The notes beneath the pieces were generated by a model. It was not told the DNA's origin. It worked only from the letters and a program-made list of their open reading frames with translations, and searched no databases. A stretch of 64,000 nucleotides of DNA from Mobula hypostoma (Eukaryota), in the NCBI RefSeq assembly GCF_963921235.1, contig NC_086100.1, forward strand, positions 199,518,001-199,582,000, written 5' to 3'. Within the stretch, counting starts at the first letter, position 1, and each line of letters begins with the position of its first letter. Positions 35,745 to 49,590 of this stretch are shown piece by piece. Position numbers and translations under genes: made by a program.

Positions 35745-37832
35745 AGACCTTAAGACAGAAGAATAGAATTAGCCCATCTGGCCCATCAAGACTGTTCAAC
35801 CATTCCATCATGGCTGATTTATTAACCCTATCAACCTCATTCTCCTGCCTTCTCCCCGTAACCTTTGATGCCCCAACTAATCAAGAAACTACCAACCTCT
35901 GCTTTGCAATGAATTCCACTGATTCACCACCATCTGGCTGAAGAAATTCCTCCTCATTTCTATTCTGAGGCTGTGTACTCTAGTTCTAGACTCCCCCACG
36001 ACAGGAAAATCCTCTCTACATAAACCCCTTTCAATATTTGATAGGTTTCAATGAGATCCCCCCCCTCATTCTTCTGAACTCCAGCAAGTGCAGACTAAGA
36101 ACCATCAAACACTCCTCGTGCATTAATGTTTTCATTCCTGGATAGATTCTTGACCCTTTGCACTGAGGTTTTTTCCCCCAGGTTAGAAAATAGTCCATGC
36201 CTTTATTCCATCTGCTAAAGTGTATGACCATAAACTTCCCTAAGCTATATCCCATCTGTCACTTCTTTTCCCATGCTTCTAACCTATTTAAGTTCTTCTG
36301 CAGACTCCCTGCCTCCTCGGCACTATCTGCACCTCCACCTATCTTCATATTGTCTGCAAACTTGGCCACAAAGCCATCAATTCCATCATCCAAATCATTA
36401 ACATATAACGCAAAAAGAAGTGGTCCCAAAACCAACCCCTGTGAAACACCACTAGTCACTGGCAGCCAACCAGAAAAAGCCCCCTTTATTTCCACTCTTT
36501 GCCTCCTGCCAATCAGCCAATCTTCTATCCATGCTAGTATATTTCCTGTAATATGCTGGCTTCTACCTTGTTAAGCAGCCCCATGTGTGGCACTTTGTCA
36601 AAGGCCTTCTGAAAATTCAAATAAACAACATCTACTGACTCTTCTTTGTCTGTCCTGCTTGTTGTTTCCTCGTAGAATTCCAACAGATTTGTGAGGCAAG
36701 ATCTTCCCTTGAGGAATCCATGTTGACTGTGGCCCATTGTATCATGTGCCCTCAAGTACCCCAAAAGCACATCCTTAACAATCGACTGCAACATCTTCAC
36801 AATCACTGAGGTCAGACTAACTGGCCTATAATTTCATTTCTCCTGCCTCTCCCCCTTCTTGAAGAATGGAGTGATATTTGCGGTTTTCCCTTCCTCTGGA
36901 AGCATGCCAGAATCAAATGATTGTTGGCAGATCACTACTCATGCCCCCACAATCTCTTTAAAATCTTTTTTCAGAACCCTGGGATGTACACAATCCCTAC
37001 TCCTTGAGAAAACCATTGACCCAACCTGAGACATCCCTGATCCTGGCACACGGGAGGCAACATATCATCCGGGTGTCTCGATCACACCCACAGAATCTCA
37101 TCTCTGTTCTCTGATTATGGAATCTCCTATCACCACTGCAGTTCTTTTCACCTCTCTGCTCTTCTGAGCCGCAGCATCAGACTCAATGCCAGAGACCTGG
37201 TCAGTGCGACTCCCCCTTAGCAGCTCGACCTCTCAGCCATGTCCAAAGTGGCTACTTGAGGTTACAGCCACAGGGATACTCTGCTACGGCTTCCCTACCT
37301 TCTTCTGACTGCCACCCTGGTACCTGCTTCCTGCAACTCAGGGGTCACGGCCTCCCTGTAGCTCCTGCCTATCACCACCTCATTCTCCCATATGAGCTGA
37401 AAGTGATCGAGCTGCAGCTCCATTTCCTTAACACCGTTTCTGAGGAGCTGCAGCTCAGTGCACTTGGTGCAGATGTGGTTATCTGGGAGAATGGAGGTCT
37501 CCCATATCTCACACACAGAACAAAACACTGTCTCTGGAGCCATTCTCTCTGCACTACTGTTCCCTAACAGATGAGGAATGAAGAATTAAGACGAAAAGGA
37601 GAAACTTACCAGATACTCACCTCACCCAAGCCTGACCTTGCTGACGCCTGATGAGCCAAAGCCACTCTAAACACTGGCCCACTCACAACAACGTCCACTT
37701 CGCTTGTGCTTGCGTTTCTTCCTTATGAAACCTGCTCAGCAATTGGTCACAGTCCACCTCCGAGAAACTGCCACAAAGTTCTGCCTTGTTACTTTTGAGT
37801 GTGGACCTGATTTAAAATGGTAGCTCTCTTCT
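35745..37832 (-). mobile_element. Internally deleted CR1 retaining 5' UTR, ORF1 start, RT and 3' UTR
   Basis: MAPETVFCSVC..HICTKC; SQHGFLKGRSCLTNL; KFADNMKIGG; CR1 3' UTR. Confidence 0.85.
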
Positions 37833-37859
37833 CATCCTACCACTCAGTAGTTTCTTAGA

Positions 37860-39515
37860 AGTTTGCGAAGTTTCAGCCTGTCATCTAAAACTTTGACACA
37901 CTTTCATTGATTTGTCGTGGAGAGTATATTGATTGGTTGAATTATGTCTTGGTGTGGAAACACCAAAGCCTTTGAATGGAAAGGCACACAAAATCCATTA
38001 CAATATATGCCCAATCGTTACTGGTAACGTCCTCCCCACCACTGAACACATCTACATCGGGCTCTGTTGTAGGGAAGCAGCCTCCATCATCGAGGATCCC
38101 CACCATCCAAGCCATCTTCTCTTCTCACTGCTGTCATCAGGAAGAAGGTATAGGAGCCTCTGGACCACATCACCTGGTTCAGGAACAGTAATTACCCTTC
38201 AACCATCAGACTCCTGAACCAGTGGAGGCAGCTCATTCAACTTCACTCGAACCATCATCTACGGCTTTCAAGGATTCTTCATCTCATGTTCTCCCTATTG
38301 ATTGCTGATCTATTTATTATTATTATTTCTTTTCTCTCTTTTTGTACTCCGTTCGTTTTTTTTTAAATCACATTGGTTGCTGTGTCCTGTTGGGCAGGAC
38401 AGGATTAAGCTAGTGTGAGGCCTGTAGCATATGTTATAAAGGGGCCCGAAATTTTAAAAATGCACATAAGCATTAAAACATAAATTACTTACTTGCATAG
38501 TAAAGTAATTCAATTTTTTCATCTGCAATACAGCCAGATAATACGACAAGTGTCTGACACTTCAGTAATAGTATTACTTCTATGCCGGGATCAATTTCAA
38601 ATGTCAAAAGTAACAATTTAAAAGTTAGATTTTCTAGTTCTAGCATGAGCAAATTTGTTGATGATACTGGAAATGTCTATTTCATGCAGAAGTTCATGTT
38701 CAATGCTCATTAGAGTGAGATTGTTCAATCTGTTTTTACCCATAGTGTTCCTTAGTTCATTTTTAATCCTTTTCAGTTTTGAAAATGAGCATTCTCCACT
38801 GCAGTTGGTAGCATGCCACCTTGTGACTGAGGCTCGATATTTATTTGCTAAACACAAAGGACAGTTCATAGTTACAAGTAGAGACAATTCTTTGAAGTTT
38901 TCACATCTTTTGATTAAATTCATTCTACCGGCGCCAGTATGCCTAAGCTGGCATTCATGGCCTTTAGGAATGCAAGTTAAAATCCATAATGCATTATTTG
39001 GTATGTTACATGCTAATATAGAGGATAAGTCATATTAAAAACCATAGATATGGTGTCTCTGCAACTACCTGTAAAATTAGCATTCTTGTCTCAGAGGCGC
39101 CAGAGATGTATTGTAACAAATGAAACTGGGTTCACAGCTTTTAGGAAATGTATTGTTATGAACCCAATCCACAGTACTTTGTCAAAGAACAGAAGACTGA
39201 TGACTGAAGCATTTATTTTAGTGTAAATGAATCGTCTGTCCAAAACTCACTCTAACAGTCGTGAGAATGCAGTGAGGTGCCACACCAGACTGCAGCTTGT
39301 AAGCATTTAGTGCGGGCGGGGCCCTCGAAAATGCGGGGCCCGCAACATATGCTACTTTTGCTACTAGGCTAATTCGGCCCTGCTGTTGGGTACGAACTTT
39401 CATTGATTCTATTGTGTTTCGCGTATTTACTGTGATTGCCCAGAATAAAATGAATCTCAGGGTTGTATATGATGACACACATGTACTTCGATAATAAGTT
39501 CACTTTGAACTTTGA
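37860..39515 (+). mobile_element. Rex/Babar-type LINE 3' part, split by a hAT element
   Basis: AASIIEDPHHPSHLLFSLLSSGRRYRS; (TTTGAAC)n tail at ~39503. Confidence 0.8.
38395..39382 (-). mobile_element. Non-autonomous hAT deletion derivative with TIRs and 8-bp TSD
   Basis: TSD CTGTTGGG at 38387-38394 and 39383-39390; termini CAGGACAGGATTA / TAATTCGGCCCTG; dimerisation domain TNCSGECSFSKLKRIKNELR..RLNNL. Confidence 0.92.
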
Positions 39516-39516
39516 G

Positions 39517-42500
39517 CTCCAGACTGAAGAAAGCTGGCTTCATTTCTCCGGTGGCATCACTTCAACCTGTGTGTCCCACACCACGAACCTTCGGCTAACG
39601 GCAGCTCAACAGGAAACTGCAGATACTGGAAATCTGAGGTAAAATTGGAAACTGCTGCTCAGACTCACCAGGTCGGGCAGCATCTTCAGAGAGAGAAACA
39701 AAGATAGTGATTCAAGTCAGTGACTCTCAGTCAGTGCTGGAGATGGAGAGGATTGAATCAGGGAACAGACGTGGGGAGACGGGGATAAGGAGTGAGTAAG
39801 AAAGAGATGGTGAGAAAGGGCTGGGGTCTGGTGTGTAATGGGAGTGGGGCACAGGCTGGTCGAGAAGGATGGGTGAGTTGGGGGGGTAGAGAGGGGTGGG
39901 GAGAGAAATGTCCATCGAGTGGATGTGAGAAGCAAAGTTAGTGCAGGGTGAGGAGAGAGAGGTGGGTAGTGAGTGGAGAAAGAGAGGTGGATGGGTGGGG
40001 ACTGAGAAGAGACGTGGCTGGGTGAGGTGGGCAGAGGAGTGGGGAGAGTTTGGTGGCTGGGGAGTGGGGACAGAGAGGTAGGTGGGTGTGGATGGGGAGA
40101 GAGATTGGTGGGTGGGGAGAGGGGACAGGGACATGGGTGGATGCGCAGTGGGGAGAGAAAGTTTGGCGAGTGGGGAGAGATGTTGGTGGCTGGTGAGCGG
40201 GGAGGATGAATGGGTGTTTGGGGAGTGGGTAGAGAGAGGTAGGTGGGTAGGGAGTGAGGAGAGAGGTGGATGGATGAGGAGCAGGTAGGGAGGTGGGTGG
40301 TTGGGGACTGGGGAGAGAATGTTGGGTGGGTGGGAGTGGGGAGAAAGAGATGGGGTGGTAAGGAGTGGGCAGAGAACTGGGGGTGTGGGGTGCCGGGAGG
40401 GAGGTGAGTGTGTGGGGAGTGGGGAGAGACTTTGCTGGGGAAGAGTGGGGGTAGTAGGGAGAAAGTGGTGAGTGGGGAGAGAGCGGGTTTGGTGGGGAGT
40501 GAGGAGAGAGGATGGTAGCTGGGTAGAAAATGGGGAGAGTGAGGTGGGTGGGTGGGGAATGGGGGAGAGAGGGGTGGGTGAGTTGGAGGTTAGTAGTAAG
40601 AGATGTAAATAGGAATTCAGATGTTTCACTGACAGAAACAGCTGGTTCATCGCTCACTCTGCCTTTTGCTGTTTTACAGTTTGGTTTAGACTGATTCACT
40701 GTTGTCTCTGGAATTCAGTTCACCCTCCTACCAAATATTATTTCTGACAGAGTGTGATTGGTGAGATGGTGTGATCGGAGACATTAGACACAACTCTGGA
40801 CAGAGGAAGTGAGAGTGAAAGAGCGATACAGGTAGGTTTGAGAGACAGCAGTGAGGCTGGTAATCCACACAGGAGAAGTGGTTTGGTAGCGAGTGAGGAG
40901 AGAGGTGGGTGGGGAGTGGGGAGAGAGGGGTGGGTGGGTAGGGAATGGGGAGAGAGGGGTGTGTGTGTGTGGGGGTAAAAAGTAAGAGATGTCTATAGGA
41001 ATTCAGATGTTAATTGGGATCAGCAGAGTGGGTACAGGGTGGGGGAGAGAGGTGGGTATGTGGGGGAAGGTGAGTCAGATGTCTAGAGAAGGGTTGTTGT
41101 TAATTGAGATCAATACAGACAGGTAGTTGCCGTTCAACATGAATATGTTGGGCCAAAGGTCTGTTTATCTCCATACAAACAGTCACATGATTTCTCTGAA
41201 AAGCAACTGATATGGTCTGAGTGAGGTTGAAAGTTAAAGCTCTGAATCTCCCTATAAAATCAGGATACGGTATCAGCAGAGATCACACTGAGAGTCTGAA
41301 CCAGTCAGTCTCTGGCCGGGTCACTGACAGAAGCAGCTGGTTCATCGCTCACTCTGCCTTTTGCTGTTTTACAGTTTGGTTCAGACTGATTCACTGTTGT
41401 CTCTGGAATTCAGTTCATCCTCCTACCAAATATTATTTCTCCAGACTGAAGAAAGCTGACTTCATTTCTCCGGTGGCATCACTTCAACCTGTGTGTCCCA
41501 CACCACGAACCTTCGGCTAACGGCAGCTCGACAGGAGACTGCAGACACTGGAAATCTGAGGTAAAATTGGAAACTGCTGCTCAGACTCACCAGGTCGGGC
41601 AGCATCTGCAGAGAGAGAAACAAAGATTGTGATTCAAGTCAGTGACTCTCAGTTAGTGCTGGAGATGGAGAGGATTGAATCAGGGAACAGATGTGGGGAG
41701 ACGGGGATAAGGAGTGAGTAAGAAAGAGATGGTGAGAGAGGGCTGGGGTGTGGTGTGTAATGGGAGTGGGGCAGAGGCTGGTCGAGAGGGATGGATGAGT
41801 TGGGGGGTTAGAGAGGGGTGGGGAGAGAAATGTCCACTGAGTGGATGTGAGAAGCAGAGTTGGCCCAGGGTGGGGAGAGAGAGGAGAGTGGGTGGGGAAT
41901 GGGGAGAGAGAGATGGGAGGGTGGGGAGTGGGGAGACAGAGGTAAGTGGGTGGGAAGTGGGAAGAGACTTGGGTGGGTGGGGAGTGGGGAGAGAGGAGAG
42001 TGGGTGGGGAGTGGGAAGAGAGTTGGGTGGGTGGGGAATAGGGAGAGAGAGGAGAGTGTGTGGGGAGTGGGGAGAGAGAGGTGTGTGTTTGGGGAGTGGG
42101 GAGAGAGGTGTGTGTTTGGGGAGTGGGGAGAGAGAGGTGTGTGGGTGGAGAGTGGGGTGGGCAAGGTGGGTGGGTGGGTATTGTGGAGAATGAGTTGGGT
42201 GGGTGGTGAGTGGGAAGACAGAAGTGAGTGGGGAAAGAGAGGTGAGTGGGTGGAAGTTTAGGAGTGAGAGATGTCTACAAGATTTGGGCTGTTAATTGGG
42301 TCAGTACGGACAGGAAGTTACCGGTCAGCACGAATATGTTGGGCCGAATGTCTGTTTGACTCCATACAAAAAGTCACATGATTTCTTTGAAAAGGAAGGT
42401 TTGAGAGTAAAAGCTCTGAATCTCTCTGTAAACCAGGGTACAGTAACAGCACTATCAGCAGAAGTCACACTGAGAGTCTGATGTGGGCAGAGAGAAGGGG

Positions 42501-43655
42501 GTGGGTGGGGAATAGGGAGAGAGTGGAGGGTTCATGGGCAATGAGGTCATTGGGGAGTGGAGAGGAGAGTGGGGGGGAGTGGGGAGAGAGAGGTGGGTGG
42601 GGGGGAGTGGGGAGAGAGAGGTGAGTGGGTGGGGAGTGGGGACAGAGAGGTAGGTGGGTGAGGAGTGGGGAGAGAGGTGGGTGGGTCAGGAATGGAGAGG
42701 GAGAGGACGGTAGGGAGAGAGATGGTTGGGTGAGTAGTGGGGAGTGTGAAGTGTGGAGAGAGAGGTGGGTGGGAAGTTGGAGAGAAGTGGGAGGGAAGTG
42801 GGGTGAGAGGGAGGGGGTAGGGAATGGGGTGTGGGAAGATAGAGGTGAGTAGGTGGGGAGTGGGGAGAGAGGAGACTCGGTGGGGAGTGGGGAGAGAGAG
42901 ATGATTGGGTGAGTAGTGGGGAGTGTAAAGTGTGGAGAGAGAGGTGGGTGGGGTAGGGAGAGGGAGAGAGGGGTGGGTGGGAAGTGGGGGGAGAGGGAGG
43001 GGTGGGTAGGGAGTGGGGTGTGGGAAGAGAGAAGTGGGTGAGTGCTGAGACACGAGAAAGAGGTGGGTGGGTGGGGAGAGGGGAGTCAGAGATGTCTTGA
43101 GGAGGGTTGCTGTTAATTGGGATCAGTACAGACAGGTAGTTACTGGTCAGCACGAATATGTTGAGCTGAAGGTCTGTTTGGCTCCTTACAAACAGTCACA
43201 TGATTTCTCTGAAGAGCAAAGGATATGGTCTGAGTGAGGTTGAAAGTGAAAGCTCTGAATCTCTCTATAAAACCAGGATACAGTATCAGCAGAGATCACA
43301 CTGATAGTCTGAATCTGTCAGTCTCTGGCCGGGTCACTGACAGAAGCAGCTGGTTCATCACTCTCTCTGCCTTTTGCTGTTTTACAGTTTGGTTCAGACT
43401 GATTCACTGTTGTCTCTGGAATTCAGTTCACCCTCCTACCAAATATTATTTCTCCAGACTGAAGAAAGCTGACTTCATTTCTCCGGTGGCATCACTTCAA
43501 CCTGTGTGTCCCACACCACGAACCTTCGGCTAACAGCAGCTCGACAGGAAACTGCAGACACTGGAAATCTGAGGTAAAATTGGAAACTGCTGCTTAGACT
43601 CACCAGGTCGGGCAGCATTTGCAGAGCGAGAAGAACAAAGATTGTGATTCAAGTC
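39517..43655. repeat. Compound tandem repeat: conserved modules alternating with G/A-rich tracts
   Basis: Module P at 39517, 41440, 43453; module R at ~40980, ~42260, ~43085; module Q at 40627. Spacers are GGGGAGAGAG/GGGTGGG tracts. Confidence 0.92.
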
Positions 43656-44718
43656 CCATCCTTGCCCATCAGACTGCCATGTGATGTGTCCCATGGCACT
43701 GGAGCCGTTTTGTCACACATTATGAAAGATGGATCTGAACGTCCGATTGTGTTTGATTCAGGACCACTGACAAGCACAGAATGTAACTGCACACAGATCG
43801 ACAGAGAGGCCTCTAGTCTAGTGTGGGGAATAAAGAAGTTCTTTCACTACCTCCATGGACAAAAGTTTATGCTTGTGACAGATCACCAGCCCCTTCAGTC
43901 CATTTTCAATCCCAGGAAGGGAATTCCAGTGATGATGCTACCTGGTTATAACATTGGGCACTGTTCCTAGAAGCCCACTCTTATGACATAGAGCTCAGGA
44001 GTACCAAACAACACAGCAACGCTGATGGCTTGTCATGTCTTCCACTACTGGCAACTGAAGAAAAGTCTTCATACTGTGACCCAGCAGAGCTGATCCATAG
44101 AGCACTGGTGGGGCAGTTGCCGGTAACAAATTACAAAATAGAAGGGAATCAAGGAATGACACAACATTTAGTCAAAAGTCTATGAAATCATGATGCAAGG
44201 ATAGCCAGCTCATGGTAACCTTATGCTTCCAGAGATCTGAACTAGACGAGACCTACTGTCAGTGTGTCAAAGAGCGCTGATGTGTGGATCTTGTGTTGTG
44301 GTTCCCTCTAAACTGCACACCAGAGTGTTAGCGAATCTGCATGAAGGACATCTGGGTACACAGTCAGAAGAGTCACACCCGGAGCTACGTGTGGTGGCTG
44401 GGAATAGATGAAGAGATTGAAGACTTGGCTAAAATATGATTGGGATGCCAAAAAGTTCAAAATATACCCCCACAGACATCGTTACACCCATGGGAGTGGC
44501 CATCATCACCATGGCAAACAGTACATACTGACTTTGCTGGGCCATTCATGGCCATTTCTGATTGCTGTGGATGTTTATTCGAAGTGGCCAAAGGTTATAC
44601 CAATGAAGTCAACCACGTCAACAAAGACCGTCTCTATCCTGAGGACTATCTTTGCCAGAAATGGCTTACCAGAACAAATTGTGAGTGACAATGGACCAAA
44701 ATACACGTCAGAAGAATT
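43656..44718 (+). mobile_element. Gypsy (Mag-like) RNase H-integrase relic
   Basis: CDVSHG.GAVLSH, QIDREA, TDHQPL, NADGLS, LHEGHLG, VDVYSKWP, IVSDNGP. Confidence 0.85.
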
Positions 44719-47505
44719 AGAAACATAGAAACATAGAAAATAGATGCAAGAGTAGGCCATTCAGCCCTTCGAGCCTGCACTGCCATTCAGAACGATCATG
44801 GCTGATCATCCAACTCAGAACCCTGTACCTGCCTCCTCTCCATACCCCCTGATCCCTTTAGACTCAAGGGCCATATCTAACTCCCTCTTAAATATAGCCA
44901 ATGAACTGGCCTCAACTGTTTCCTGTAGCAGAGAATTCCACAGATTCACCACTCTCTGTGTGAAGAAGTTTTTCCTCATCTTGGTCCTAAAAGGTTTCCC
45001 CTTTATCCTCAAACTGTGACCCCTCATTCTGGACTTCCCCAACATCGGGAACAATCTTCCTGCATCTAGCCTGTCCAATCCTTTTTGAATTTTATATGTT
45101 TCAATCAGATCCCCCCTCAATCTTCTAAATTCCAGAGAGTATTAGCCTAGTCGATCTAGTCTTTCTTCATATGAAAGTCCTGCCATCCCAGGAATCAATC
45201 TGGTGAACCTTCTTTGTACTCCCTCTATGGCAAGAATGTCTTTCCTCAGATTAGGGGACCAAAACTGCACACAATACTCCAGGTGTGGTCTCACCAAGGC
45301 CTTGTACAACTGCAGTAGTACCTCCCTGCTCCTGTACTCGAATCCTCTTGCTATAAATGCCAGCATACCATTTGCCTTTTTCACCGCCTGCTGTACCTGC
45401 ATGCCCACTTTCAATGACTGGTGTATAATGACACCCAGGTCTCATTGCACCTCCGCTTTTCCTAATCGGCTACCATTCAGATAATAATCTGTTTTCCTAT
45501 TTTTGCCACCAAAGTGGATAACTTCACATTTATCCACATTAAATTGCATCTGCCATGAATTTGCCCACTCACCCAACCTATCCAAGTCACCCTGCATCCT
45601 CTTAGCATCCTCCTCACAGCTAACACTGCCACCCAGCTTCGTGTCATCCGCAAACTTGGAGATGCTGCATTTAATTCCCCCATCCAAGTCATTAATATAT
45701 ATTGTAAACAACTGGGGTCCCAGCACTGAGCCTTGCGGTACCCCACTAGTCACCGCCTGCCATTCTGAAAAGGTCCCGTTTATTCCCACTCTTTGCTTCC
45801 TGTCTGCTAACCAATTCTTCATCCACATCAATACCTTACGCCCAATACCATGTGCTTTAAGTTTGCACACTAATCTCCTGTGTGGGACCTTGTCAAAAGC
45901 CTTTTGAAAATCCAAATATACCACATCCACTGGTTCTCCCCTATCCACTCTACTAGTTACATCCTCAAAAAATTCTATGAGATTCGTCAGACATGATTTT
46001 CCTTTCACAAATCCATGCTGAATTTGTCCGATGATTTCACCGCTTTCCAAATGTTCTGTTATCACATCTTTGATAACTGACTCCAGCAGTTTCCCCACCA
46101 CTGATGTTAGGCTAACCGGTCTATAATTCCCCGGTTTCTCTCTCCCCCCTTTTTTAAAAAGTGGGGTTACATTAGCCACCCTCCAATCCTCAGGAACTAG
46201 TCCAGAATCTAAAGAGTTTTGAAAAATTATCACTAATGCATCCACTATTTCTTGGGCTACTTCCTTAAGCACTTTGGGATGCAGACCATCTGGCCCTGGG
46301 GATTTATCTGCCTTTAATCCCTTCAATTTACCTAACACCACTTCCCTACTAACATGTATTTCACTCAGTTCCTCCATCTCACTGGACCCTCTGTCCCCTA
46401 CTATTTCTGGAAGATTATTTATGTCCTCCTTAGTGAAGACAGAACCAAAGTAATTATTCAATTGGTCTGCCATGTCCTTGCTCCCCATAATCAATTCACC
46501 TGTTTCTGTCTGCAGGGGACCTACATTTGTCTTTACCAGTCTTTTCCTTTTTACATATCTGTAAAAGCTTTTACAGTCAGTTTTTATGTTCCCTGCCAGT
46601 TTTCTCTCATAATCTTTTTTCCCCTTCCTAATTAAGCCCTTTGTCCTCCTCTGCTGAACTCTGAATTTCTTCCAGTCCTCAGGTGAGCCACTTTATCTGG
46701 CTAATTTGTATGCTTCTTCTTTGGAATTGATACTATTCCTAATTTCTCTTGTCAGCCATGGGTGCACTACCTTCCTTGATTTATTCTTTTGCCAAACTGG
46801 GATGAACAATTGTTGTAGTTCATCCACGCGATCTTTAAATGCTTGCCATTGCATATCCACCGTCAATCCTTTAAGTGTCATTTGCCAGTGTATCTTAGCT
46901 AATTCACGTCTCATACCTTCAAAGTTACCCTTCTTTAAGTTCAGAACCCTTGTTTCTGAAATAACTATGTCACTCTCCATCTTAATGAAGAATTCCACCA
47001 TATTATGGTCACTCTTACTCAAGGGGCCTCTCACGACAAGATTGCTAATTAACCCTTCCTCATTGATCAAAACCCAGTCTAGAACAGCCTGCTCTCTAGT
47101 TGGTTCCTCGACATGTTGGTTCAAAAAACCATCCCGCCTACATTCCAAGAAATCCTCTTCCTCAGCACCTTTACCAATTTGGTTCACCCAATCTACATGT
47201 AGATTGAAGCCACCCATTATAACTGCTGTTCCTTTACTGCACACATTTCTAATTTCCTGTTTAATACCATCCCCAACCTCACTACTACTGTTAGGTGGCC
47301 TGTACACAACTCCCACCAGCGTTTTCTGCCCCTTAGTGTTATGCAGCTCTACCCATATCGATTCCACATCTTCCCGGCTTATGTCCTTCCTTTCTATTGC
47401 GTTAATCTCCTCTTTAACCAGCAACGCCACCCCACCTCCTTTTCTTTCATGTCTATCCCTCCTGAATATTGAATATCCCTGAATGTTGAGCTCCCATCCT
47501 TGGTC
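44719..47505 (-). mobile_element. Young 5'-truncated CR1 LINE (most of ORF2)
   Basis: ORFs 46693..47430, 45442..46494, 45142..45414 and 44815..45120 ([14 protein letters not shown]); (TTTCTATG)n tail. Confidence 0.95.
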
Positions 47506-49590
47506 AGTGTAAGGGGTGGGAAGTTCTAGGGGGATATTAGAGGAAGGGTTTTTACTCAGAGAGTGGTTGGTGCGTGGAATGCACTGCCTGAGTCAGTGGT
47601 GGAGGCAGATACACTAGTGAAGTTTAAAAGACTACTAGACAGGTATATGGAGGAATTTAAGGTGGGGGCTTATATGGGAGGCAGGGTTTGAGGGTCGGCA
47701 CAACATTGTGGGCCGAAGGGCCTGTACTGTACTGTACTTTTCTATGTTCTATGTTCATTGGAGAGGGATAGGAACAGACAAGTTAGGAAAGCATTTAATT
47801 GGAGTAAGGGGAAATATCAGGCAGGAACTTGGGAGCATAAATTGGGAACAAATGTTCTCAGGGAAATGTATGGCAGAAATGTGGCAAATATTCATTGGAT
47901 ATTTGTGTGGAGTTCTCCACAGCTACTTTCCAGTGAGACAGGGAAAGGATGGTAGGGTACAGGAACCGTTGTGTATAAAGGCTGTTGTAAATCTAGTCAA
48001 GAAGAAAAGAAAAGCTTACCAGTTGTTCAAACAATTAGGTAATGATAGAGATCTAGAGATTATAAGGCTAGTAGGAGGGAGCTTAAGGAAATTAGAAGAC
48101 CCAAAAGGGGCCATGCACGTGCACACAGGATTAAGGAGAACCGCAAGGCATTCTACAAGTATGTGAAGATCAAGAGCAAAAGATGTGAGAGAATAGGAGC
48201 AATCAAGTGTGACAGTGGAAAAGTGTGTATGGAACTGGAGGAGATAGCAGAGGTACTTAATGAATACTTTGCTTCAGTAGTCTCTATGAAGAAGGATATT
48301 GGCGACTATAGGGATGACTTGCAGTGGGCTGAAAATCTTGAGTATATAGATATGAAGAAAGAGGATGTGCTGGAGCTTTTGGAAAGCATCAAGTTGAATA
48401 AGTCACCGGGACCAGACAAGATGTACCCCAGGCTACTGTGGGAGTCAAGGGAGGAGATTGCTGAGCCTCTGGTGATGATCTTTGCATCATTAATGAGGAC
48501 GGGAGAGGTTCCAGAGGATTGAAGCATTGCAGATGTTGTTCCCTTATTCAAGAAAGGAAGTAGAGATAGCCCAGGAAGTTATGGACCAGTGAGTCTCACT
48601 TCAGTGGTTGGCAAGTTGATGAGAGGCAGGATTTATAAACATTTGGAGAGGTATAATATGATTAGGAATAGTCAGCATGGCTTTGTCAAAGGCAGGTCAT
48701 GCCTTACGAACCTGATTGAATTTTTTGAGGATGTGACTAAACACATTGATGAAAGTAGAGCAGTAGATGTGTATATGGATTTCAACAAGGCATTTGATAA
48801 GGTACCCCATGCCAGGCTTATTGAGAAAGCAAGGAGGCATGGGATCCAAGGGGATATTGCTTTGTGGATCCAGAAATGGCTTGCCCACAGAAGGCAAAGA
48901 GTGGTTGTAGATGGGTCATATTCTACAAGGAAGCTGTTGACCAGTGGTGTGCCTCAGGGATCTGTTCTGGGACCCCTACTCTTTGTGATTTTTATAAATG
49001 ATCTGGATGAGGAAGTGGAGGGATGGGTTTGTAAATTTGCTGATGACACAAAGGTTGGAGGTGTTGTGAATAGTGTGGAGTTCTATAAGAGGTGTATCAG
49101 ATGATGAGAGGCATTGATCATGTGTATAGTCAGAGGCTTTTTCCCAGGGCTGAAATGGCTAACACGAGAGGTCACAGTTTTACGGTGCTTGGAAGTAGGT
49201 GCACAGGAGATGTCAGGGGTAAACATGAGAAAATCTGCAGATGCTGGAAATCCAAGCAACACACACAAAACGCTGGTGGAACACAACAGGTCAGGCAGCA
49301 TCTAGAGGAAGAAGTACAGTTGACGTTTCGGGCCGAGACCCTTCGTCAGTTGTCAGGGGTAAGTTTTTTATGCAGAGAGTCATGAGTGTGTGGAATGGGC
49401 TGCCACTGGTGGTGGTGGTGGGGGATATGATAGGGTCATTAAAGAGACTTCTGGATAGGTATCTGGAGCTTAATAAGATAGAGGACAATGGGTAACCCTA
49501 GGTAAATTCTAAGGTAAGGACGTGTTCGGCACAGCTTTGTGGGCCGAAGGGCCTGTATTGTGCTGTAGGATTTCTACGTCTAAGTCTATG
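47506..49590 (+). mobile_element. CR1 fragments (3' end 47506-47757; ORF2 47758-49590)
   Basis: (TTCTATG)n tails; KSPGPD, QHGFVKGRSCLTNL, FADDTK. Confidence 0.9.
49223..49350 (-). mobile_element. Short Penelope terminal insertion with 12-bp TSD
   Basis: TGTCAGGGGTAA at 49211-49222 and 49351-49362; hammerhead core on minus. Confidence 0.85.

Noticed and set aside
39950..43080. Telomeric repeat or Ig switch region
   Set aside because: No TTAGGG arrays, no dense AGCT pentamers, and no Ig constant exons or RSS seen.
39717..43153. Long Pro/Ser/His- or Gly/Trp/Glu-rich ORFs (up to 307 aa)
   Set aside because: Translations of stop-poor G/A-rich tracts.
41221..43533. Duplicated 99-aa ORF (41221..41520, 43234..43533)
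   Set aside because: GTG start, no recognisable domain, and the frame is not kept in the 13.3-kb copy; identity is explained by the repeat.
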